Positions 37,801-50,000 of a stretch of 64,000 nucleotides of DNA are shown piece after piece; within the stretch, counting starts at the first letter, position 1; every line of letters starts with the position of its first letter. Location: assembly GCF_001194135.2 (NCBI RefSeq), contig NC_068991.1:55958871-56022870 (forward strand), written 5' to 3'. The notes under the pieces were generated by a model, which saw only the letters and a program-made list of their open reading frames with translations, was not told the DNA's origin and ran no database searches. Made by a program: the position numbers and the translations under genes. Origin of the DNA: Octopus bimaculoides (lineage: Eukaryota).

Positions 37801-40800
37801 NNNNNNNNNNNNNNNNNNNNNNNNNNNNNNNNNNNNNNNNNNNNNNNNNNNNNNNNNNNNNNNNNNNNNNNNNNNNNNNNNNNNNNNNNNNNNNNNNNNN
37901 NNNNNNNNNTTCATTGATATTTTCAATATCATCAATAGTAAAGCCTTCAAAATCGGAATCGCTACTTGCTGACGCCATTTCTTTCACAACCAAGATAAAC
38001 ACTTCTCTTCGAACGTTGAAAAAAACCATGTGGTCTAAAAAATTTCACAGTATTTATACTTGAATAAAGGCGGGAAAGGCTTCATCTCGCATTATCTCAA
38101 AGCTACGAGAATTCAATAACGTGATTTGTTTATTTTTTTAGTGATTTCGTAGAGCTTTTGGATACGGCCGGTGTGAACAAATAAAGGGGAATTAATTTTG
38201 GCCGGTTACGGCCGGTTTGAACACTAAAGGGTTAAAGAAAAGAATTTGTTTCACCAGATAACAGTTTCAAGCTTTCCATAAGCATTTTGCTTTATTCCAC
38301 TCTGCTGTGAGGAATTCCAACCACGTTTCATGGTTTGCTACCTCAACAGCCCCTTTATAGGATCCAGTGGCTAAAGACATCATCATGAGGAACCACGTCC
38401 GGTTTTGGTCTCTACTGTTTTCAAAATTGTAATTTCGGTTTTAAATGATATAATGAATGTATTCATGTTTATAGAATGATGATAGATATTTAATACATTA
38501 AAGTTTACTGAGATACTTGTAGAACACTAAGTTAAGGTGTTTTACTAAAGAATAGAGATGAGTGCTTTGAATTTTTTGGTCTCTGTCTGAGAAAATTTAT
38601 GGGAACTGGTTCTAATTATTTTGAAATCATAGGTGGTGTTTTAAAATTCAACTTAGATTACATTTCATTTTTTAGTTTTTTTACTAGTTAATTAATTTTA
38701 TAAGGAAATCATAGGAGACCTTGTGACTGATAATCTACCAGTTGTTTTAGTGACAATCTTTCTGTGAATAGTGAATACTAAATTCATTTTTGCTTGTAGG
38801 AATGCTGAAATGATTTCTAACCTGAAATTAATGTTAAATCAAAGCTTGTTTACACATTACTATATTAAACAATGCTTTTCATGTAGTGTAACATGCAAAC
38901 TTTTTGACTGTCTTCCTATTGCCAGGTTTAGACATTGAATTTTCTTGCTAATTTTATTACATCTGGTTGTATTGACAACATTTTCAGTTCATAAAGTCTA
39001 ACATTTTCCAATGAAGTATGACCAGTTTTATTTTTATTCCCTTCACAAGTTAAGCACTGTCCTTCTTCCTTTAACTATGACTTATGCAAGCCCTCCCAGA
39101 CTGGGCTTGCTGTGGCTGATATCCAGTCTGAACATCTGCTGGTCATTGTTTACCATAGAAAAGAAAAATGAATAGGGAGAGAACTGATTACCTGGTCTGA
39201 ATACTTACAACAGAATGAACTTAGATAAAGGTATTCAAGAAAGATTAAGAGGTAGTGTTAAACAAGGCAGGCTGTTAGGACTACTATGTATGATATCTGT
39301 TGAATTCAGTCTCTCTGATGCTGACATCAACTACCTGATATAAATCTATTGTTTCATCCATAGGAACTGCTATCATACTGTCTAGTAATATATTGGAGAA
39401 TGTTCTGGCATTTAAGAATATTGAAATACAAGCTTTATTTATCTCATGCAAAAAAACAAAACAAAAAAAAAAAGAGTTCTTTATAGCAGCACTTCTATAA
39501 CACAATTTAACATACATCACTATCTCCTGTCACCTCTCTTAGAAATAAAATTGTCAATTTTCCTAAAATTATGTCAGATATTTTTGATTTGCCCTTCAGA
39601 ATCTAGAAATACTCTAGTATACATGAGGGTTAATTAGATTGTCACAGATATAGTGATGTAAGCAAAAGGATTCCAATTCTGAATGGAAATTAGGATCTGA
39701 TAATACTGATATAAAAAAAAGAGATTTTGAATTTCTGTAAATCTGTGGAATCTAGTTTTGAGGATTTTAAATAAATTTTTGATGTCTCCTCCCTTCTCTC
39801 CATCCACCTCCTACATTTTTCACGCATCCTTCATTGACACATACATACATCCTCTTCAGATGCATTTACACATCCTTCATAGACACAATTAGCATGTTAT
39901 GTGTATAGTGACCTATATGAATCTCTTTAGTCGTTACATTTGTAAAGTGTGACTTTGAGATTATTAAAAATGACTGCTAATGTTGCAAACTTATTTATTC
40001 TGTTTATACATGCTGTTTAGTTAGATTGAAAGCAGAATTCATAAAACCACTTTAGATTTTGTTCAGAAGTCCAGTTGATTATTATCCAGAGCATCAGAAC
40101 ATTGCTTAAGTGAGTATGTTCTGTACAACTAATTAGAATAGAGAAACAGGATGTAGATGGCATATATAGGTCTTTCTTTAAATGGTTCATAGTTTCTAAT
40201 ATTTCATAGCTGTTTATGTTAAGTAATTAACAAGCTTAAAGTTGAAGTGAATAGTTTCACTGCATTTAAATTTATGTGTTCAAATGTTTACTGCCTCTCC
40301 TGTTAATGTTCCTTTCATTTTTTTTATTCAAAGACATTTTGACTGTAACCATCCATCAATTTTTTTTTTTGGACAAGGTGTATCTAAGACTATATTATCC
40401 AAAGTGTTCTCCTTTTTTATCTTATGAAATTAATGTAGGGTGTGAAGGATATTAGGTTTCTGTCTTTAGCAGTCCAAGTGACCAGCAAGCTCAGTGCTTC
40501 TTAAACTTTTTTAACTACTGCCCTACTTCCTTTTACTAACACTCAATACCTTCTAGTTATGATTCAAAAAAATTGTTGTTGACCAGTTGATAGCCATTAA
40601 CCATTTAGCATTCAGATTACTCTATCAAAAATAATATTTGTTCACTTTGTTTTGGATTAATCATGCATTATTTCATAGTTTTGATGATGTGATTTCTTAT
40701 TTTTAGAATGATATTGTTGGGTAGGTGTGAGAGGCCAGATCAGGCCAGTTTGAACATAAAACAGGCGGAATATTTTTGCCTGATGTAGCTGGTTTAAAAG

Positions 40801-43800
40801 CTAAAGAGTTAAAAGGCTACTTGCATATAAACCATTTCATCGATGTATGACATATCAAAACAACATTTTGACCATTAATAGTACCAATTGTTTAACACAT
40901 TCAAAATATTTTTAGAAATTAGAGCGATTAAAAGATACACCTATTACTCCCCAGTACTCATATAAAATCTCCCTCTCTCAAAGGATGGTATCGTTTATTC
41001 TCAAAAGTAATGTTTCCCCATTGGCTTAGGTTATTAAATTTTATGTTGTGTTTTGTGCTGAAATTCTCTCTTTTTGTTTTTTTTCCTATTTGCACCTTTA
41101 ATAGCTATATAGCTTGACTTGTACTTACCAAAATGTCTTTGATATGCTAGTTTGATGCTTGTATCAATGTCATAAATTGTATGTATAATAAAACTTCAAT
41201 TGATTTATTTTTACTGTCTTAGAGCAACTAGATACTTCCATCAGGTTAAGCTACAAACAATACTTTGTCTATCAGTATTTTTCCCCTTCTAAGCATGTCA
41301 TATGAAAACTACCAGAAATTCTTATAAGAATCAGAATTAGATATGAGTATCACTTTATCTAATATTTTCATGTATCCCTCTCAATGTTTACTTGTGAAAT
41401 AGGTTTTTCAAATACAAAGATAACTTTGTTAAATAAACATTAATTTATTTAAAAGTCTGACTGAATCTCTTATTATTAATAAGGTAATAGTCTTAATGAA
41501 TTTTTTACTCTAGTAAGAAAAATAATGATAAATTTACCAACAACAAATTACTCTGTAGGGAAATTTTTATAACAGAGATACTAATATTGCTTCAAAACAG
41601 GAGTTGCTTTAACTTATGTTGGTAGTGAATAACTTCTTTTTAACTTACTTGTTGCTACAGAATATGAAATATTCAAATCTAGATGAAGTTGTTCCTACTA
41701 GAAACAACAATATCTAAATTTTCAATACATATGAAGCTCATACCAATTGCAGCAAACTTTAAAAAAAAATGAAGTGTATGTGTGTCTATGTGTGTAACAA
41801 AAATTGTATAGAAAAAAAATTACAAAAAATACAAAAATTGTATAGAAATCAGCAAACAGTACATTTGCTAGTGTGTGCTGAGGCCTGCCATGCTGGAGGT
41901 TATTTAGCATAAATACATAAAGCATCAAGGTTCAAAATAAACACATGCACATTTATGTTGTTTTAAGCATGTTCCTGCAGAGTAGGATTTTATCTCGGAA
42001 AAATTTCTCCCTATAGATTTTGTGTGTAGCACTGAAGAGGCAGAATCACTCTGAAACATCATGTCTGATATTCTGCTAAAGTCACGTGGTACTCATTTTC
42101 TCATACAAATTCAAAATAAATTGACTTTTCTCTGAGATGAAATCTTGCAGTGAATGCTTTTAATGTTCTAGTGTTCTTTGGAAGTGTTCTTTCATGTTCT
42201 TTATTTTGATCTGTATTGCTTTATGTGCCATGCACTGTTGTACTTTGAATTACACTGCACTTAGTTTGTATAGTTTTGATAAAATTTTGTTTCTCCTCAC
42301 CTCTCACTTTACATATACAGAAATATGACTTTTGTTGCTTCTGCCATTTCAGATTTTTATTTCCATTTTAATTTATTTTTATTGCTCTTCTTCATTAGTG
42401 AGGTAGATCACACTGTAAACTAACACCCAAGTTAGAAATATGTTTTTCTATTTTGTAAATATTTTTTAGATTGAATAATAAGAGTTTCAAATATCAAGAA
42501 AGTCAATTTCTCTAGAAATGATACTTAATATGTTAAGTCAACTGACTTCAGAATAGTTTCATATAAATATCTTAAATGTTTGAACAATTAAAAGAAATGA
42601 AGGAAAAAAAAATCATAGCAAGTATAATTACTGGAATAACTTTATAACACCCAATACATATATCATAATACGAGAGAAACAATAGAAAAAACTCTAGTAT
42701 TTTTGATAAATGGGAAACACCTAATATGTACATACACAATAACCATATTTATCTCCATTCAATAAATAATTGTTTCAGTTTTGTGATTTATATTTAATTT
42801 AAATTATGAGTTATAGAAATATTTTCTACATTTTGCATGATTTTGATTTACCTGGTATTTCTACAAATCAGTCTGTGTAAACTGAAGGACCCATGTACAT
42901 GCACATGCAAACTGAAGTGCAGCAGTTCCTGTGCATGATTTTTTTTTTGCTTGTTTTGCCATATTGGTTCAGGCTAAGTAAAAGTCTTAGTTTTGTTTTA
43001 CTTTGAAATTACTATTTGTAAATCAGTGATGTCTTTTATATATTTTGATGTGATTGAATCTATTGATAATTAATGGTGTCCATGTACCAGTATAAATCCA
43101 TTTTAATATTGTGTTAATTTTAGTCTATTGAGTAAATTACTTTTGTAGTTAAAAGAGAGCTATATAAAAAAAAAAAGCCTAATGAATAACAAGTAAGAAA
43201 CACAAGTGATACTTTTAATTTGATAATATCATCATTTAACATCTATTTTCCATGTTAGAATGGGTTGGATAGTTCAACAAGAGCTGACAAACCAGGGAAC
43301 AGCACAAAACTCTAATGTTTGCTTTGACATGGTTTCTGTGGCTGGATGCCCTTCCTTTACAAAGTGCACTGGGTACTTCTTTTAATGGTACTGACACTAG
43401 TAAGATTACCAAGCAGCTCGCAAGACCTACCTTCAACTGAACGAATTGTATTTAGGAAGTTGACTTTATACCAACTAATGAGAGGCTAAAGTATGATAGA
43501 GGGAGCAGGGACAAGTGTTTTGTTGGAGGGAGATATATAATTATCCCAGTTGGAAAAGAAAGATGATGATAATGAAGATGTGTGAAGGTGCTTCCAAGGA
43601 CATGATTACTTTTTGTTTAGAAAATACAGATTCCTCATTTGAATTCAGAAAGATACTAAGACATCTGATGATGATCAGAGATTGAACTAATCAAAATGTA
43701 ATGTAGTTTTAAATATTGTAAATATTCATACCTGTAAAGAATCTATATATGGAGTTAATGGTTGGGAAAATTATAATCTTAATAACTTGTATCAGATATT

Positions 43801-43970
43801 TACACATTTAATTAACATTGGTAAGATTTTGTCTTTTGTAGGAATAGCTTGCATATTTTATGTCAGATTAAATAGACTCTATCTACTAATTCATAGTTTT
43901 TTTTTTCTTTCCTTTTCTTTTCTTGATGTTGCTAATGAATGAATGAAGTATGGCTGTTGAAATAATCAGA

Positions 43971-44025
<55 letters not shown>

Positions 44026-47000
44026 CCATTCATCCATCCAAAATGTACGCTCATTGTAAGCGCAGTCTGTACTGCACGACTCCTACAAATGTATTAAAAC
44101 ACCCTTGATTGAAGACAGGTGATTTGGCTATTTACCACAAATATAGGTACTATTTATATAACGTTTGACAGTTATCAAAATATTGTGTTGACCTTTTTGA
44201 ATGAGTGTCTTACTACTTACTATTCATTTATCCTTTTATTTTTTAAAATTTTATTGTCAGTAGAAACTTTTTTTTCTACTTTTTAGATTGTGGGGTATTG
44301 TAATTTATATTTGTAGTATGAGAACTGCTCAATTATTTTAACTTCAGAAGCCTAATAGATGCCAATTTTTGAGATGTAAAATTTCAGCAGTCACATCAGG
44401 GAAGAACCATTTTAAGTATTTAAGAAGAAATGTTTCATTCATTTCTTAAGATGTTGAAGTTTTTGATGCAGTTTTGTTGACATGTCATGAAATAAATGAA
44501 ACGTTGAATGTTTTTAAATGGCCCCTCCATGGTGTAATTGACTAATTTTTGGCACAACTTATTTCAGACCAAGTCTCTTGTCAAATATCTAGAACTCTGG
44601 CATGTATAATTTCAAAAATACTGGTTAAAGTATGTGATGCAAGCTTATAAATAGCACATCAACCTTAAAATATCAGTCAGGATATTGAATTTTCAGAAGC
44701 TCTTATTCTGAAGAGAAGCTTTCAACTTGTTCAAAAGAACAATAGATGCTGAACTTGATTTGCTTGAAAAAACTTCTTAAATGTTTTTCATGCAACCATG
44801 AGATATCTCAAACCAAAAACTAAGGGCCCATAGTTTAATTGTTACTTGTAAACTGTACATGGTTTACTTGAGTGTATTTCTCAAAGAGTAAAGTGAAATG
44901 AACATAACTGATGAGTAAGCAAGAGGAAAGAAACTAGTGTGGGGCTGTACTGAACATCTCTTCATCTATAAAGCACTCCTTAAGAAAGTGAAAGAATATT
45001 GTCAAAGTCTACTGACTGTGTGTGTAGTCTATATAAAGAAAAAAAGCATTTGATTCTACCTCTTACTGTGGATCCTAGTGTCGCTATGCCTTCTGTTAGA
45101 GTTGATACCTTTAAAAGACAACAACATGGTCCGCACAGTTATTAATAAGAACTGAAGATACTACTATAGTCACAAACAAAATTGGGATTATCAACAAGGT
45201 GACAGCTCATCTGTAATAGTTTTCATCTTGACAGTGAATCTCTTGTCAACTTTGTTGCAGAAATGCAAAAGTTGCATGTTCAGATTAGTAGAGGAAAGAA
45301 GAATTGTCATCAACAATTTTTTTGTTGATAGTCATCAACAGGATGTATTTCAAGTAATATTTTTGACAGCAAGAGAAATTTGGTATTTATCACAACATTC
45401 TCATAAGATTTTATTAGGATAAGTGTTTATATTTCATAGTTAATTGTGGAAAAATTGTTGACCATACAAGGAATACAGATATCAATGGAATTTTATCAAT
45501 CCTATTGTCAATTATGAATGCTATTAGTATCTTCAAATTGAGAAGAATGTTGCATGTATTAGTGCTGTGAGTAAAACAAGAATGACAATAAAATACCTCA
45601 ACAGACTCAGAAAGATATGAGAATCAGAGCTATTCACATTCAGTAAGACCATATCCCACGCTCATACAGTGCCAGTGCTAACATTTGGGATACTTGACTG
45701 AATTCTAGAGAAGATTTACATCAAGGACATGAAGAATATAAGAAGGAAAATATTAACCATATCTGGTAGCTTCCATATTGACAGTGTCACTGACAGGATC
45801 TATGATGACTGAAGAATAAAGACAGTTTAGATGACTTTTGAGTACTGCATGTATCACTTAGACAACACTTACTGAACAGTAAAGGTAGAAATTGGTACAA
45901 CATATCTACTGAACAGTGAAAATAATAACAACTAGAGAGTGGGTGTGAAACTCCTAAGTGTAGCACTATTCCTGTGAACAAAAGGTAGCGGGATTAACTT
46001 AAGCAGAAATTTGGAAGAGAAACATTTATCATATTAGCAGAAAGTTTTGCCTTGGTACATAGATAGAAGATACCAACATCATTGACAGGAAGAGTCGCAA
46101 AAGTGTATCCTTGGTGAGATGTAATCAAGATATCACATCCCACCGTGAAAGATAAGCCTTAGTTTTTACAGAACAATAAATAACTATTAAATATCTCTCA
46201 GTAAGAGAGATGAAGATAACTCTCAATATAAACCTCACTTTGATAGAAAATGTCAACTGCACCATAAAGGCATAGAAGAAAGTACCATCCACATCATCAT
46301 CAGCTGTTCCAAAATATCCATAAAATACTACCTTCTTGTGATACTTGACATTGTTGTCAAAATCCATTTACAATGCTATCATCAGGAAGGATTATCCTGA
46401 CAAGCATAGCAAAGGCACACTAGATTCAGAACCTGAATATTTCCACACTGTTAAAAATAAGGAATACTGGTGGAACATTTCAATAAAAATTGCGATCAAA
46501 TGCAAATGCAATAGACCTGATATTGTTTTATGGAACAAGGAATAAAAGTCATGCATTGCGCTGAGCTGTGTGATAACTGATTTGTCTAAAAACTTGGAAA
46601 TGCTTGGATTTTCAAAGAAAGAGCAAAGTAAACTGATCAAATCCACTTCACAAGTGGTACAATGTAATTTCTAAAACATTCAAGGAACGATTCTCCTTTT
46701 GGGTTTCCTGGGATGAACACATACAATCATGTGAACATATGACATACAAACATAAATAGTAATCATACAAGCAAACTTTTTTGCAAAAAAGCCCTCACAC
46801 CATTACATGTCTGTAAGTATAACCAGATATGCACATACATAAACAAATTCACCCAATAATTCACAAACCTCTTGAACTATCTTGATACAAGGTTTAAAAA
46901 AATACTTTGTTAGTAGCTTGTTTTAATTCTGAAAAATACTTCAACTCAAAGAGAGGCTGTCACATGTGTATGTGCTCATTCATTTATGTCAGCTTTTTCA

Positions 47001-50000
47001 TAATAATGCCGATTAGTTGAAATATGTTATTGAAGCAGTGTTGGATTCCTTTCTTGCCACCAACCCTTATTTTTCAAGTAAAGGGTGGGATGGGTCTTCA
47101 TTCCACTTGTCTTTGAAAATGCTGACCTTTGGGGGGTAATTTGTTGTCAACAAACATCCACTGTCCACGTCTCAGCACTTGTGTGAAATGCAGAATGTAA
47201 ACACTCTCTCTTTCTCATATGCACAAACACATGTGTGTGAATTGTATTACCCAGCTATTAACTTGATACTGGCTCACAGATATTTGTAAATGAGTTTCCT
47301 ACATGTATGTTTTGTTACAATTTACATGGAAAGGTATCATTGAAAAATTAATGCTTCAGTCACAAAACAATGATGAGTTCTAACAATATTCTCATTGTTA
47401 ATCTTAACTGTCATTGGTTTTTCCAACTGAAGAAATTGTGTTTCCTCCACTTAGCACATTATCTCTTCCAAAGTAAACATTGTTAAAAATAGTTTGTTGA
47501 ATGTGTGTGTGTATGTGTCGGGGGCTGACAAAAGAAAGAGAAAAAGCAAAAATACAATATTGCCTTGTTTGTGAAACTACTTGAAATTTTGGAGTGTTGG
47601 TATGAATGCGTATGTCTGTAAATGAAAATTTTGTTTGTTTGGATAATGAGTGCATATGTATTGAGTAAGTACAGGATTCTTGGTATCTCTTGATTTTTAA
47701 CAAGACTTGGCTATGTGACACTTTGGGCAAGTGACTTTTACTACAGCCTTGGGCTTACCAAAGCCTTGTGAGTGTCTTTGGTACACAGAAAGTCAAAAAG
47801 AACCCATCGTATATATGCATGGATGTGTTTTACTGTCTCCTTGCCTTGACTTTCTGTGATAGTTGTAAATGAGTGCCACTATCATGCAAGCGGTGTTCTT
47901 CATTTCCAGCCTTCCTTAAAAACATGTCTGGTCATGGGGAAATATTACCTTACTTGGAAACAGGTGAGAGTTAGTGATAGGAAGACATCTGGTCATGGAA
48001 AATCCACCTCAACAGATTCTGTTTGATCTATGTGGAGATGGAAAAGTGGACATTTAAAATAGTAATGATGATGACATCTGATTTGTTAGTAGATGTAGGG
48101 AAGAAGCTAGGCAAATTGAGAGTCAGCCACTATTTCTCTAGATAATTGACAGACCATAGTTAGAAATCACTAACTGCTGTTTTCTGAAGTGTGTGGTGTA
48201 CAGTAACTTTCCAGTGTTTTATTTCTAAATATTTTGTTTATGAGGCCAAAAGTTTTATTTGATTTCCTCTACTTGGTGTCTTCTCCATCAGTAATTTATG
48301 GTAGTTTTTCATTCAATATGTCTAATTAGTTTACATTAACTTTCTCTATCACTGCAATCATCTTTATTTTGTATTTTTCTCAAGAGTTGTGGAAATAACT
48401 GTAAAAAAAAATTTTTTAAAGTGTGTGCAAATACATGATGGAATCAGATAATTGGTGAAAAGATTGATTAACAATTTTTGAATTTTAATCTTGCAAAAAT
48501 ATATTTTGTCTTCTATCCATCTAGAATCTTATGTAATAGCAAGCATACAAAGATTGTTTACTTTCAAATATATTACCATTTCTCTGTCTTTTTTAAGGCA
48601 ATTATAGTTCTTTACTTATGCTCCATAGTTAACATCACCATTATGTTGTCTGTTATATTGTCGTTCACAACTTTCATTATGTTTGTATATTCCACATTTT
48701 TAAATACTTGAATATATACTTTTTAAAATACAGATGGTTGTGTGGTTAAGAGGCTCACTTGGCAACCATGTAGCTTTTGACTCAGTCCTACAGCCCATCA
48801 TCTTAGGCAATTGTCTTTGACTAGTCCTGTGAGTGAATTTGGTAGATGGAAACTGTGTAGAAGCCGCTTATGTGTGTGTTTGTATTTCCCTCTCTTCCCA
48901 CTTGACCAGTGTTGGTTTGTGTACATCCCTGTAATTTAGCAGTTTGACAAGAGAGGCTAATAGAATAAGTACCAGACTTTGAGAATAAAACATGTGCCAC
49001 ATAAAAGCATCTGTGCCAGTACCACATAAAAGCATCCATGCGAGTGTCATGTTAAAAACATCCCTGCCCATACCATATTAAAAGCACCCAGTAAAGTGGC
49101 TGGCATTAGAAGGGGCATCCAGCTATAGAAACCATGCCAAAACAGACAGATGGAACTTGGGAAGCTCTCCCGTTGGCCAGCTCCTGTCAAACTGCCCAAC
49201 CCATGCCAGCATAGAAAATGGACATTAATCGAAGATGTTGAGGACTCTTTCATAAATATTTGTGGTATCACAAGTTGATTGCTGCAGCACAGGTTTTCAT
49301 GAAACAAACTTAGGTAGTTTAACAAATGATGAGCCTGAGAGTTTTTGTGAGTATGGATAAACTCTAGAATCTGAGGAAACTAGTGATGATCTGCATCAGC
49401 AATTGCTAATCAACTGGATAACTAGATAGATTTCAATAAGTTCATTTGCTATGATAACTATGAAACTAGTGTTTGAGGCCCTTCATCTGACAGTGATGAA
49501 AGAGGAAGCGTTGTTGCTTGTGTTAGTGCTTCAAACCCAAACAACAACAACACTTTTTTCTATGTTTCTCATTCTCATCAGAAGATCTTAGTTGAAGACA
49601 CACAATTAGCACTTGAAGTGCCTGAAAGCCTTTTGAAACATTAAGTGTATAACACTTATATTTGTCCATATCCTGAATTCAAAATATTTTAGTTTAAATT
49701 ATCGTTATCAATAATAAAAAGAATATTGAAAATATTTGCCCCACTTGCTGTTTAATAACTGCTCCATTTGTAAATGAAAGATATAACTGATCGATGTTTA
49801 TTGGCACTAGTACTGTGTTTCTGATAAAAAGACACTGAGCCCTCAATCAATCTAACTATATAATAGTTACTATTGTGTACATAGCTCATTACTTTAGCAA
49901 TAGTGATGGTGGTTGTTGGGAATCTACTTGGTAAATGCATTTTGTGCAGGCTAGTAATAATAATTTTAAATTGCTGTCTTTTGTAGGAGAGAGTGGTGAA

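Noticed and set aside
36932-38063. ORFs of 312-365 aa across the second gap
   Set aside because: Mostly X; only the 23 codons from 37978(-) are interpretable, and frame continuity across Ns cannot be assumed.
49582-49644. Coding-looking stretch KILVEDTQLALEVPESLLKH
   Set aside because: Ends in TAA with no usable donor and would truncate the chain.
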